Shown here: piece after piece, positions 45,701-54,900 of the stretch
Numbering within the stretch: the first letter of the stretch is position 1
Layout of the letters: every line of letters starts with the position of its first letter
Source of the DNA: a virus
Taxonomy: Duplodnaviria > Caudoviricetes
IMG/VR virus record: IMGVR_UViG_2791354873_000003
Coordinates: 1 to 64,000 of that record
DNA: 64,000 bases
Strand: one strand, 5' to 3'
Made by a program: the position numbers and the translations under genes
Notes under the pieces: model-generated
Databases searched by the model: none
Told to the model about the DNA's origin: nothing
What the model saw: the letters and a program-made list of their open reading frames with translations, nothing else

Positions 45701-48700
45701 GGCTGCAATCGAGCCTGACCACCACCAATGGGAACGTCTCGGCTGCCCAGCAGGCTGCTCAGGATGCGGCCACGCTCGCGGGCGGGAAGGGCAAGGTCAT
45801 TGTTCAATCGGCAGCGCCTGCTGTCGCTGATCGTTTGGCGCAGAACCTGTGGATCGACACCACCGGCAATGCCAACACCCCGAAACGCTGGAGCGGTTCT
45901 GCTTGGGTAGCGGTAACGGACAAGGTGGCCACCGATGCAGCAGCAGCTGCCCAGTCGGCGCTCAGCCAGGTAGCGTTGAAGGCCGACGCGAGCGTTGTGA
46001 GTAACTTGAGCACCCGTGTCAGCGATGCCGAGGGCAAGCTCACATCGCAAGCCACCCGCATGGACGGCATGCAGACCAGCATCGACGGCAAGGCCAGCTC
46101 GCAGGCGCTGCAGCAGGTCACCAGCCGCGTGACGGCGACCGAAGACAAGGACAAGGCCCAAGATCAGCTCATCAGCTCACAAAGCCAGGCGCTTATCTCG
46201 CTGACTGACAACGTGAGCAAGAAGGCCGACGCCTCAACGGTCCAGGCCCTGAGCAACGAGGTGAAGACCCAGGGTCAAAGCTTAACGGCGCAGGGGCAGG
46301 CGCTTACGAGGATTGATACCAACCTTGGCAGGCTTGGGGCTAGTGGCGTCAACTTGGTGCCGGCTGACTTCTCGGTTTTTACCAAGGATCTGCCTGCAGG
46401 TATCTATTCAAACGGCGGGGTCGCTCTCAGTACTGTAACCGACGCATCATGCTTCAAAGGCTACGCACTGAAGGCTGACAACAGCAACGAGAATTCGCAT
46501 ACGTTCGGGCTCGCTACCGCGTTCACGGCCGCTGCGTGCAACATGGGGTTCAAACGCGGCAAGTATTTGGTGTCTTTCAGGGCTCGTGCTCAGACTGCAG
46601 ACCATGTAGTTGGTTGTTATGCCCGCGTCTTGCTCGCCGACGGTGTCAGTTTCAAGACATCCAGCGCTCCATTATTCACGTTGACCACAGCCTGGGCCCG
46701 GTACTCTGCGCTCATCGACCTGACCGCTGCAGATTACGATGGCACGCAGATGCAATTGGCTATCCAAACCAACCGGTCAGGGGTTCCTAACCGTACCACC
46801 TACTTCGATCAGTTCATGTTCGAAGCGGTGGTCAATGATCAGGCTGAGCCGTCCATCTTCAATTTGGGAGACAGCTTCGAACAGGCGGCCACAAATGCTG
46901 CAGCAACTACCGCATTGTCGGCCAGGGTGGAAAAGACTGAACAAGGGCAGACAAGCACAAGCCAGCAGGTAACTCAGCTGGAGAATACGGTCAGGTCTCT
47001 TGATTCGAAGGTTGGAGGCAAAGCTGATGCTGCTGCGCTGCAGGTGCTTGCAAACACTGTGGATCAGCATGGTAAGAGCATCACTGCTAATAGCCAATCG
47101 CTGACTAAGGTCAATGCCAGCCTCAGCGGCCTGGGGGCCAGCGGGGTCAACTTGGTTCCAGCCGAGTACTGCGCCTTCACCAAAGACTTGCCAGCGAACA
47201 TGTACTCAAATGGCGGTGTTGCGATGAGCACCGTACCTGACGCTGCCGCTTTTAAAGGGTATGCGTTGAGGGCGAACAACAGCAATCCTGATTCGCACAC
47301 CTTTGGATTGAGCACTGGCTTTAATGCTGCCTCATGCAACATGGGCTTCAAGCCTGGAAAGTACCTGGTGTCGTTTTACGCTCGTTCCGAAGTGGCTGGG
47401 CACATTGTTGGGATCTACGCGCGCGTGCTCCTTGCCGATGGCTCGTCATTCAAGACCTCGAACGCGCCCACTTTCGCGCTGACCACGGCGTGGGTCAGGT
47501 ATGTGGGCGTCATTGACCTGACGGACCCGGCCTACACGGGTGCGCAAATGCAGCTCGCGGTCCAGAGCAACCGCTCAGGGGTTGCCAACCGGGTCACCTA
47601 CTATGATCGCTTCATGCTCGAGGCCGTTGTAAACGACCAGACCGAACCATCCAACTTCAGCATGGGCAATAGCTTTGATCAGGCAGCTGTTCTCGCTGAA
47701 GCAACCACAGCGCTCTCGGGGAGAGTTGTAAAGAACGAGGAGGGACTGACCTCAGCTAGCGCGCAGCTTACACAGCTGAAGAACTCTATCGGTGGTAGTG
47801 GCGTAAACCTTCTGCCAGCCGAGTATTCGACCTTTCAGAAGACATTGCCAGTGTTGGACGGCAGCAGCTTCGTAGCAAGCGTTGAGAACGATTCGGCTTC
47901 ATTCAGCGGCGGTACATTGAAGTTCGCGTGGGCAACTGACTCCACCGGACTGTCTGCTTTCCTGTCGCCGAAGTGGAACATCGGCAACATGGGTATGAAG
48001 CCCCAGAAATACATCATCTCTTATCGCGCCCGCGCTAGCGCCGATGGGCATGTAGTTGCGTTGTATTTGCGAGGGATCAACCCGGATGGCAGCGTTGTCA
48101 ACAGCCCGGCGGCAACCCAGCAGCCACTGACCACTTCGTGGAGCCGTTATTCCTACGTGGCAGATCTAACAGGAGGCGGCTTCACAGGCGACAAAATGCT
48201 GCTGGTAGTCCAGATGAACCGATCAGGCTTTGCCGGTCGTTCGGTATGGTTCGATCAGATAATGGTTGAGCAGGTGTTGGGCGAAGGTACTGCGCCAAGC
48301 ACTTTCACCCCTGGTAACACAGCCGATCAATCTAGCGCCTCAGCATCAGCGATTGAGTCGCTAAATTCCGCTGTGAGTCAGCAAGGCAAAGACCTGACAT
48401 CTGTCACAAGTCGCACAACGCTGCTTGAGGGGTCAGTCAACAGCCCTAGCAGCGGACTGAATACAAAAGCGAGCACCAGCGCGCTGCAAACACTGACAGG
48501 TCGGGTATCAGCTGCTGAGGGGGGACTCACCGCAGCTAGCTCTAGCATCACACGGATTGGAAGCCAGATTGACGCTATTGGCGGAGCAGGAAGCAATTTG
48601 ATCCCTGCCGAGTTCACCACCTTCGGCTCAGCCGCGCCGAGCATCTACAAACTGGCAGCCATGCAGGTGACGACTGAAGCGGACTCAGCGGCCTACTCAG

Positions 48701-49803
48701 GATATCTGCTGAAAGCGATCGTATCGGGAAGTGCTGCTACCGGTTTCATGTATCTGGCGTCGGCCATCGCAGACTACAACCTGCGACTTAAGCCCGGCGC
48801 GACCTACACGTTCTCAGTGTGGGCCAAAGGTAGCGCGGCCCATGTTGTAGGTGTGCGTTTGCGCTTCGTCAACAGCTCAGGTTCAGTGACCGAGGCTGTG
48901 GTAGGGACCATTGCCGTTACAACCACGCTGGCGAGGCAAAGCGTGGTGATCACGGCGCCAACCAACTTGGTGTCAACTTGCTGTCTGGTGCTGTTCACCC
49001 AGAACACTGCGGCAGTAGGAACTACCTGGTTCGATGGGTTCATGCTAGAGGCCCAGGTTGGAGCATCAGCCGAGCCAAGTGCATTTGTTCCTGGACCATC
49101 AAACCGCCAGATCGCTGCCCAGGCCATAGCAGTAGATGCCCTGGACACAAAGGTGACACAGCAGGGAGCAAAGATTGAATCCGAGGCCAAACGCACCGAT
49201 GGTTTGTATGTCTCTGTCGGAGATGCCAATGCCGCAATTCAGAACGAGGCCTCAACCCGGGCCGGCGCTGATGTGGCCATGGGCAAGCGAGTCGATGGCG
49301 TCCAGAGCAGCTTAGGCAGCACCAATGCCGCCGTACAGCAAATCAGCACGGCGCAGGCCAACCTGGATGGGAAGGTCAACGCTACCTGGTCGGTCAAGCT
49401 GGGGCTTACCTCGGGAGGAAGCTACTACGCCGCCGGCTTCGGTCTGGGCCTTGAGAACCAAGGCGGGACGTTCCAATCCAGCTTTGTCGTGCTGGCAAAC
49501 CGGTTCTCGGTGCTCAACCCCGTAGGGGAGGGGCTCGTCAACATCTTCACGGCGGAAAACGGTCAGGTCGTCATGAACGACGCCCTGATTTCAAAGCTCA
49601 CCGTGCAGCGGGCAATTGTCGGTAGCTCGATCAACTCGTCTGAACTGGCCAACGATGGAACACCGATCATGCGAATGGACTTCGCCTCGGGCACGTTGAT
49701 CCTGCTCAACAAGGCCGCAACGGCCTACACCGTTTACAACAGGAGGGGTATCGACATGGTCATCAACGGTGTCCGTCGTATCCGCATGGGCGAGTGGGAT
49801 TGA
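42712..49803 (+). CDS. Central tail tip/host-specificity protein TipJ-like, 2363 aa
   Basis: I.GAKGG start; lambda J core, FN3 region, CBM5/12-like motif, four jelly-roll repeats, DUF1983-like end. Confidence 0.93.
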   Translation: MGPVDHLEIVGAKGGESQPKQAVESPDSLRSTNIAKILLAVGEGEFDGVPTDRDIYLDNTPIADASGNVNFPGVKWEWRPGSVEQSYIQGIPSVENETSVNVELRSDNPFTRALSNTQLSAVRVRMSWPRLAKQESNGDTRGYRIEYAIDIATDGGAYVEAHLGAVDGKSTNGYQRSVRVNLPKATSGWMLRVRRLTPNANSGTVADTMTVAGYTEIIDQKIRYPNTALLYIEFDAQQFQNIPAVTVKCKAKRWPVPSTYDPITRTYSGVWDGTFKLAWTNNPAFVTYGLCVEDRFGLGKRIKPWMVDKWEMYRIAQYCDQLVPDGVGGQEPRFLCDMNLQGRAEAWTLLRDLSAIYRGMVYWAHGSLFMQADMPRAQDIDYVFTRSNVIDGEFVYGGAERSTHYSRSLVSYDNPANNYDTDVIPVTDNALQRRYRDRPIELSAIGCTRASEAQRRGKWALLSNSQDRTVTFKTGMEGRIPLPGFVIPVADELVAGRPNGGRISSAAGRVVTLDRNTPIKAGDRLIVNLPNGTAQARTVHSVAGRAVTVTTEYSLQPEPELQWAIDYDDLAVQLFRVLKTTRTQEGNYEITALEFNPSKFAAIDTGAKLDERPISVIPVTTVAPPASVSLSSGHMIDQGIAVSTMTIAWPAVAGAVAYDVEWRKDNGNWVRLQRTGAASVDVVGIYAGAYLARVRSVSAFDITSIWKSSDLTQLNGKEGLPPAVTFLTTESLLFGIGIKWGLPAGAEDTERTELWYSEGTDLGAATKLADLAYPQSEHVMQGLRAGQRFFFWARLVDRSGNVGPFFPVAPTVVTGIASADAGPILEQIKDQITESELGKELTGRIDLIDKNGPGSVNERVGAAKTELAKQVGEVNNALNTVKGNLEQQITAVSADVSASKTELQQQIANISALAGSLPYRKDKAYSVGQSALGSDGKLYQALKAVPLNTPPPNATYWTDVGQAAVTASGMAARVSKVETDVSTLDGKVTAQASQISGLQSSLTTTNGNVSAAQQAAQDAATLAGGKGKVIVQSAAPAVADRLAQNLWIDTTGNANTPKRWSGSAWVAVTDKVATDAAAAAQSALSQVALKADASVVSNLSTRVSDAEGKLTSQATRMDGMQTSIDGKASSQALQQVTSRVTATEDKDKAQDQLISSQSQALISLTDNVSKKADASTVQALSNEVKTQGQSLTAQGQALTRIDTNLGRLGASGVNLVPADFSVFTKDLPAGIYSNGGVALSTVTDASCFKGYALKADNSNENSHTFGLATAFTAAACNMGFKRGKYLVSFRARAQTADHVVGCYARVLLADGVSFKTSSAPLFTLTTAWARYSALIDLTAADYDGTQMQLAIQTNRSGVPNRTTYFDQFMFEAVVNDQAEPSIFNLGDSFEQAATNAAATTALSARVEKTEQGQTSTSQQVTQLENTVRSLDSKVGGKADAAALQVLANTVDQHGKSITANSQSLTKVNASLSGLGASGVNLVPAEYCAFTKDLPANMYSNGGVAMSTVPDAAAFKGYALRANNSNPDSHTFGLSTGFNAASCNMGFKPGKYLVSFYARSEVAGHIVGIYARVLLADGSSFKTSNAPTFALTTAWVRYVGVIDLTDPAYTGAQMQLAVQSNRSGVANRVTYYDRFMLEAVVNDQTEPSNFSMGNSFDQAAVLAEATTALSGRVVKNEEGLTSASAQLTQLKNSIGGSGVNLLPAEYSTFQKTLPVLDGSSFVASVENDSASFSGGTLKFAWATDSTGLSAFLSPKWNIGNMGMKPQKYIISYRARASADGHVVALYLRGINPDGSVVNSPAATQQPLTTSWSRYSYVADLTGGGFTGDKMLLVVQMNRSGFAGRSVWFDQIMVEQVLGEGTAPSTFTPGNTADQSSASASAIESLNSAVSQQGKDLTSVTSRTTLLEGSVNSPSSGLNTKASTSALQTLTGRVSAAEGGLTAASSSITRIGSQIDAIGGAGSNLIPAEFTTFGSAAPSIYKLAAMQVTTEADSAAYSGYLLKAIVSGSAATGFMYLASAIADYNLRLKPGATYTFSVWAKGSAAHVVGVRLRFVNSSGSVTEAVVGTIAVTTTLARQSVVITAPTNLVSTCCLVLFTQNTAAVGTTWFDGFMLEAQVGASAEPSAFVPGPSNRQIAAQAIAVDALDTKVTQQGAKIESEAKRTDGLYVSVGDANAAIQNEASTRAGADVAMGKRVDGVQSSLGSTNAAVQQISTAQANLDGKVNATWSVKLGLTSGGSYYAAGFGLGLENQGGTFQSSFVVLANRFSVLNPVGEGLVNIFTAENGQVVMNDALISKLTVQRAIVGSSINSSELANDGTPIMRMDFASGTLILLNKAATAYTVYNRRGIDMVINGVRRIRMGEWD

Positions 49804-49806
49804 ATC

Positions 49807-50109
49807 ATGCCCAGTGGACTGGAGATATACGGCTCTGACGGTCGACTGCTCGTCAACATGACGATGTCGATCAGTCAGCACCAAGGGGATATTGTCACCA
49901 ATGCAACGAGCGGGGCGATAACCCTGCCCGGTATTCCAGCGGGTAAGCGGCGGTTCTATATCGTCGTACCGCTGGTTGATACCCAGCAATGGAAGGGCAA
50001 GAAACCGGGCGTGACAATCTCGGGCAATACGCTGTCCTGGCAATACCAGCACTCAACTTGGTTTGGCCAGTTCAGCGCCAATTGCAGAATCTACTACGGA
50101 TATTATTAG
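49807..50109 (+). CDS. Tail-tip-associated small protein
   Basis: GLEIY..DG.L start; ends IYYGYY; follows J. Confidence 0.75.
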   Translation: MPSGLEIYGSDGRLLVNMTMSISQHQGDIVTNATSGAITLPGIPAGKRRFYIVVPLVDTQQWKGKKPGVTISGNTLSWQYQHSTWFGQFSANCRIYYGYY

Positions 50110-50117
50110 GAGGTGAA

Positions 50118-50969
50118 ATGCCTGTCGGATTCCAGGCTTTCAAAGAAGACGGCACGCTCCTTTTTGATATCGACCGGATATCTTATGGCTTGCTGAAAAG
50201 TGGATATCTGAACTTGGTAGATAGGTGGGGGCGTTACACTTTGCGGTCTCTCAATCTACCGCCAAATGAAGAAAGTAGTTATTCATACTCGCGGCTGATT
50301 GATCCCATATGCGGGATCACTGTCACCGGTGCTGTCTCGCCGATCGTTTTCCTTGTCGGCGATGGCAAACCATGTGGTGAAGCGATCAGCGGTAATACCC
50401 GAACGCTGTACTTCAAAGGCTGTGGCCCGAACACTAAAGCCTATATCTTCGACCTGATGCGCGACGTCGGCGAGAGGACTGGCATGGAGTGTTACGACGC
50501 TGCTGGCCGTCTCAGTTTTACAACCGGAATGCCGCCGCTAAACATCATTGCGGCTGTAGATCCTCCACCAATCAACGCTCCGGCTTATCCCGGTTCAGAC
50601 ATGCGATTAACTCCCTATTCGGGTGGGAGTAACGAAGCATCAGGTAGAGAATGGGCAAACACTGACTACCCGCAGCCTAAAGGAGCTGTATTTGTACCAG
50701 TAGCGTCTGGTGAGCTTGCAGCCTATCTGACGTTCTCTAGGATCTGCATGTTAGGCGAAGGGTACACATTAGGAGAAGGCGCAAGCGTGAGCGCTAATGA
50801 AGGTTGTGGCGGTGCCTCTGGTGGCGTCAGATTCTTCTTCAGCCCTGCCGCTGCAACAATCTCTCAACACAGCGGTGCACGAGACGCAACTTGGACCGAT
50901 ATTCCGACTGACCGCCAACCTCAAGCGCTCGTTATTCGAGCGAGCGACTACCCATTTCCATTTAGATAA
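50118..50969 (+). CDS. Tail-tip-associated protein
   Basis: AGGAGG SD; duplicated G...F...G.L.F motifs. Confidence 0.75.
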   Translation: MPVGFQAFKEDGTLLFDIDRISYGLLKSGYLNLVDRWGRYTLRSLNLPPNEESSYSYSRLIDPICGITVTGAVSPIVFLVGDGKPCGEAISGNTRTLYFKGCGPNTKAYIFDLMRDVGERTGMECYDAAGRLSFTTGMPPLNIIAAVDPPPINAPAYPGSDMRLTPYSGGSNEASGREWANTDYPQPKGAVFVPVASGELAAYLTFSRICMLGEGYTLGEGASVSANEGCGGASGGVRFFFSPAAATISQHSGARDATWTDIPTDRQPQALVIRASDYPFPFR

Positions 50970-50986
50970 CCAAAGAGGAAACACCC

Positions 50987-51208
50987 ATGCCCTATGTAGC
51001 TATCAACCTGGCCAATGACTATGACTCGGCCAACAAAACCCGCTATGCCACTCAGGAAGAAGCCGACGCCCGCGCTCGCGAGATTCTGAACCAGTTCCCG
51101 ACCGCGCAGGTTTGCGTGGCCCAGGTGATGAAGGATTACAGCGCCAAGGTCTCGATCACTGCGAAGGAGCCTGCAGCAGCGCCCGAACCGGAAGCCCCGG
51201 CCGCTTAA
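50987..51208 (+). CDS. Small hypothetical protein
   Basis: GAGGA SD; 73 aa. Confidence 0.7.
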   Translation: MPYVAINLANDYDSANKTRYATQEEADARAREILNQFPTAQVCVAQVMKDYSAKVSITAKEPAAAPEPEAPAA

Positions 51209-51226
51209 CTGGCCTCGTTCAAATCC

Positions 51227-51251
51227 AGCCCGCCAAGCGCGGGCTTTTTTT
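51227..51251 (+). terminator. Rho-independent terminator
   Basis: AGCCCGC-N5-GCGGGCT followed by a T run. Confidence 0.7.
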
Positions 51252-51266
51252 CGCCTGGAGAAAAAC

Positions 51267-51755
51267 ATGGCCAGACTCACCGAATCTCAGGCCGGAGGTG
51301 CAAACGTGCTCCGGTTCCTGGACCTGATCGCCTTCTCGGAAGGCACATCTCCCATAAAGGCCAGTGACGACGGCTACAACGTTCTGTACGGCGGCGGCCT
51401 GTTCCAAGGCTATGCCGACCACCCTCGGCGCAAGCTGACGTTTCCCATCAACGGCAAGAACGTTACCAGCACGGCTGCCGGGCGGTACCAGTTGCTGGAG
51501 CGCTACTGGGACGCCTACAGGGTCAGCCTGCGCCTGTCAGGCGGGTTTACGCCGGAGAATCAAGACCGGGTAGCGCTCCAACAGATCCGCGAGCGCCGTG
51601 CACTGGACGACATCAAGGCCGGGCGCATTCAACCAGCGATCGCCAAGTGCTCGAACATTTGGGCCTCGCTGCCAGGAAACAATTATGGGCAGAACCCGCA
51701 CCGCCTGGACAAGCTGCTAAGCAAGTGGGGTGAGATGGGCGGGTTGCTGGAATGA
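51267..51755 (+). CDS. Endolysin, lambda R-like lytic transglycosylase
   Basis: FLD.IA.SEGT, GYNV..GG, STAAGRYQ, WASLPG..YGQ motifs. Confidence 0.95.
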   Translation: MARLTESQAGGANVLRFLDLIAFSEGTSPIKASDDGYNVLYGGGLFQGYADHPRRKLTFPINGKNVTSTAAGRYQLLERYWDAYRVSLRLSGGFTPENQDRVALQQIRERRALDDIKAGRIQPAIAKCSNIWASLPGNNYGQNPHRLDKLLSKWGEMGGLLE

Positions 51756-52129
51756 ACGCCGCGCTCGCTGCACTCAACGCAATACCGCTCTGGCTGTTGC
51801 TGGCCCTGGCCGCCGCCGGCGTTATCTGGTGGCAGCACGGCCAGATCCAAGACGCCCGCGCCGACGTTGCAGCAATGGCTGAGAAGGCCGGCAATTGCCA
51901 AGCGGCCAGAGACAACCTGGTCGCCCTAGCCAATGAGCAGGGTAAGGCACTGGGTGACCTGCAGCTGGCCGCCCAGCAGCGCCAGGCCGCCGCCGAGAAG
52001 GCGGTAGCCGAAGCCCGCGCCAGTGCCGAGCCGGACTACCAAGCAGCCAACCGCATCCAGCAGGAGCGCACCGGTGGCGATCAGTGCACGGCTGCCGCCT
52101 CGATCATCGACAAGGAGCTCGGCCTATGA
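51752..52129 (+). CDS. Inner-membrane spanin (Rz-like)
   Basis: N-terminal TM plus periplasmic coiled coil with two Cys. Confidence 0.85.
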   Translation: MNAALAALNAIPLWLLLALAAAGVIWWQHGQIQDARADVAAMAEKAGNCQAARDNLVALANEQGKALGDLQLAAQQRQAAAEKAVAEARASAEPDYQAANRIQQERTGGDQCTAAASIIDKELGL

Positions 52130-52410
52130 CCATTGCAAGCCAATCCCTGCAAGGGGTGGTGGTGCTTGCAGGCTTTCTCCTGCTTGCGGGCTGTGCAGGA
52201 CAGGCAGAGCCGGAGATTAGCACCTTGCGCGTCGAGGTGCCCGTGCAGGTTCCTTGCCGCACGCCTGACGTTCCCGTGCCGCCCTGGGTCGCCGACAGTC
52301 TACGCAAGACCGATAGCCTTGAGGTGAAGGTGCGCGCCCTGCTGGCGGAGCGCAGACAGCGCGTCGGCTACGAGAAGGAACTGGCGGCGGCCGCTGGCGC
52401 ATGCCGATAA
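52126..52410 (+). CDS. Outer-membrane spanin lipoprotein (Rz1-like)
   Basis: Lipobox LAGC; Pro-rich VEVPVQVPC; ATGA-coupled. Confidence 0.85.
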   Translation: MTIASQSLQGVVVLAGFLLLAGCAGQAEPEISTLRVEVPVQVPCRTPDVPVPPWVADSLRKTDSLEVKVRALLAERRQRVGYEKELAAAAGACR

Positions 52411-52414
52411 CGAC

Positions 52415-52510
52415 GGAGCATATTGCTCTCCGACCAGCCCGCAGGGCTGATGCAGAAGCGCGAGCCCTGGTGAGAGCTCAATTAGCATGCGAGTTGTGAG
52501 AGCCCCTTAT
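52415..52510 (+). pseudogene. Degraded 3' end of a DUF2514-type spanin, relic A
   Basis: Aligns to 53275-53326 (CTCCGACC...CGAGC..TGG.GA.AGCT). Confidence 0.45.
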
Positions 52511-52598
52511 ACATAGATTGGTCACGATACAGTGAGAGAGCGCTGCAGGGAGTCTATAAAGTCCTCAAGTACGCCCGGATTCCATCCTCTGCGTACGA

Positions 52599-52976
52599 TC
52601 ATTTTGCTAGGTAAACCTCAACGAGCGCGTAGAGGTCGTCTAGGGACCAGGGCTTTGCCAAAAAGCTGACATTTGGCGGTAGCGGCAGGCCCAGGGCATT
52701 GTGGTACCCGCTCATCACAATTACTTCTATCTCTGGCTGATGCTTACGTGCTGCGCTTGCCAACTCGATCCCGTTGGTTCTGCCTGGCGTTTGAACATCG
52801 GTGATCAGCAGTGCCCAGGGCTGACGATACAATTCGAGGAAACCCTCATCGGCCGTGGCGACGCTTGTGATAGCCACAGGGAAATCTTCAAGCATGTTTG
52901 CTAGCATTTCTCGAATTGCGGGCTCGTCCTCCACCACCAACACGGCCTGGATTAAGGGGGAATTATTGCTATTCAT
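52599..52976 (-). CDS. Single-domain response regulator (receiver only)
   Basis: LVVEDE, LITDV.TPG (phospho-Asp), MSG, LAKPW. Confidence 0.93.
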   Translation of the reverse strand: MNSNNSPLIQAVLVVEDEPAIREMLANMLEDFPVAITSVATADEGFLELYRQPWALLITDVQTPGRTNGIELASAARKHQPEIEVIVMSGYHNALGLPLPPNVSFLAKPWSLDDLYALVEVYLAK

Positions 52977-53149
52977 ATGTCGCTCACACTGAGCGCACGC
53001 CCAGAAAATCCAAGAAGAAGGCGCAGCCTAGACTGAAGGATACGCGCGGTGAGCTGTCGACCCCCTTATCTTCCGGCAATTCAACTATCGTTCTTAAGCT
53101 GCGCTCGGTGGTAGCCGATGCCTGCCAGGGACGCCAAGGGCTGCCTTCC

Positions 53150-53400
53150 ATCGAGCACTGCTGACCAGCGGCTGCGCAACGAAGGCATCGTCCTCGCCGC
53201 CGCCGTCAGTTACCCCGGCACGGATACCGCCGCTGTCGCCGAAGCCAGGCAGCCACCCGCGCCGCCATGGCGCACTCCGACCTACTCGCACGGTCTGTCG
53301 AAATGAATCGAGCGTTGGCGAAAGCTTATAACCAATCCCGAATAGCAGGCGATCAGTGCCGACGAGAGTATGATGGTCTGACGCAGGCTGATCGCCGTGA
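53150..53400 (+). pseudogene. Frameshifted 3' part of a DUF2514-type spanin, relic B
   Basis: QRLRNE....AA.VS.PGTDTAA, then a second frame AATRAAM..SDLLAR.....LAKAY.QSRIAG.QC.REYDGL. Confidence 0.65.
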
Positions 53401-53408
53401 AGGGACCC

Positions 53409-53861
53409 TCAGCGCACGCTAATCCGGGTAGAGCCTGGCGGCGGTTCGTTGAGAAATGCCCAGAACAAACCCAATTCGGACACAGCCGCCACGAAGCCTT
53501 TGAAGCCGACCGGCTTCACGACGAACGAATTTGCTCCTAGCTCATAAGCGCGAGTGAGATCGGATCCCATCTTTGAGCTAGTCAGCATTGCTACAGGGAT
53601 CGTGCGGAGGTGCTCCGTCGATCGTATTGTTTCCAGAACTTCAAGCCCATCCATCTTGGGCAGCTTAAGATCCAGCAACACCACGGCTGGATTCGCCTCG
53701 TCCCTATCTGCGAATCTCTCTCGGCGAAGCAGATAATCAAGCGCTTCGACTCCATCTCGGGTTATTACAACCTCATTCGCTAATTGACTGCGCTCCAGAG
53801 CGATCATAATGAGTTCAAGTTCGCGCTTATCATCTTCGACGAGCAATATAGGTTTAAGCAT
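53409..53861 (-). CDS. Single-domain response regulator, Rcp1-like
   Basis: ILLVEDD, VLLDLKLPKMDG.EVL, MLTSS, AYELGANSFVVKPV. Confidence 0.93.
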   Translation of the reverse strand: MLKPILLVEDDKRELELIMIALERSQLANEVVITRDGVEALDYLLRRERFADRDEANPAVVLLDLKLPKMDGLEVLETIRSTEHLRTIPVAMLTSSKMGSDLTRAYELGANSFVVKPVGFKGFVAAVSELGLFWAFLNEPPPGSTRISVR

Positions 53862-54041
53862 AACGGCCTCGGGTATTCATCCGTGCATGCTACCAGTCAT
53901 CCGTCTTGGAATTGCATATTTATGATGCTCTAGACTCTGATCGAATGTCGGTAAGCCTGGCTGCGGCGCCTGTGCGAAGCCGACTCGCGGCTTGGGCTGC
54001 GGGGCTGTTTATAATCCCCTGACCAATTAAGGATATCCCCG

Positions 54042-54266
54042 ATGGACAAGGATGAATTTGCCGCTGTCGTTAAGGCAGGCGAACCACTGATCGAGCAGTC
54101 GATGGAAGCTCTCAAGCGGTACTGGGAGGCCAGGGACCATGGCGCCCCGCCCGAGGAGGTAGAGCGCCTGCGACTCCATTCCGAGGCCTTGGCCCAAGCG
54201 GTTTCCGACTACCAGCTTCGCACCGTCTCCAAGCTGATGGGTAACAAACTGCCCCCGCTGCACTAG
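54042..54266 (+). CDS. Small helical hypothetical protein
   Basis: AAGGA SD; 74 aa. Confidence 0.75.
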   Translation: MDKDEFAAVVKAGEPLIEQSMEALKRYWEARDHGAPPEEVERLRLHSEALAQAVSDYQLRTVSKLMGNKLPPLH

Positions 54267-54314
54267 CGCATCCCGCTTGTCGGCAGTTGCCTGCCCCATT
54301 GCAGGCCACTACCA

Positions 54315-54334
54315 TACTGTTCATTTATACAGTA
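54315..54334. promoter_or_regulatory. LexA (SOS) box
   Basis: TACTGT-TCATTTAT-ACAGTA = CTGT-N8-ACAG with extended arms, 14 nt upstream of the S24 gene. Confidence 0.9.
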
Positions 54335-54348
54335 TGGAGGCCCCGCCA

Positions 54349-54714
54349 ATGAACACCGCCCTTGACTTCGAAATCGACGACATGCCCCAGCTCAGCCTGG
54401 ACGATCTGATGCAGGTACGTGCGCCCTGGACCTACCTGGTCAAGATCGAGGGCGAGAGCATGCAGGGTATCGGGATGTGCTCCGGCGACCTGCTGGTCGT
54501 TGATCGAAGCGTTGAGGCCAAGCACGGCGACATCGTGATCGCGGCGGTGAACGGCGAACCGGTCTGCAAGCGCATGTGCCATGAGCACGGTGTGCTGGTC
54601 CTTCGGTCGGAGAACCCAAAGTACCCGTCGCGGTACATCATGGAGGGCGATACGTTCGAGGTGTGGGGTGTTGTCCGGTTCAGCGTCCGGGATCACGACC
54701 GGGTAACAGGGTAG
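54349..54714 (+). CDS. UmuD/RulA-like S24 peptidase lacking the N-terminal arm
   Basis: GESM Ser and VCKR Lys; SLDDL....AP.TY; no AGFPSP motif; GGAGG SD. Confidence 0.85.
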   Translation: MNTALDFEIDDMPQLSLDDLMQVRAPWTYLVKIEGESMQGIGMCSGDLLVVDRSVEAKHGDIVIAAVNGEPVCKRMCHEHGVLVLRSENPKYPSRYIMEGDTFEVWGVVRFSVRDHDRVTG

Positions 54715-54900
54715 GGGTGGGATTCGGCAGAACGCCGGAGGAGGATGGCCACGCTGTCTAATACTGCCGTGAGGCACCGCGCTTTTACTAGGCGAAACCC
54801 GCTAAAAATAGGGATAGGGTATTAGACAGCCATGGCTTGGGCGCCGCAGATTGCGCGGCTTTAGGCGTGGATCTTCCGCTACTGCTGCATTACTGGATGC

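Noticed and set aside
46336-47690. TipJ repeats 1 and 2 as a DGR template/variable pair
   Set aside because: No reverse transcriptase in the window; both copies are in frame and differences are not confined to adenines.
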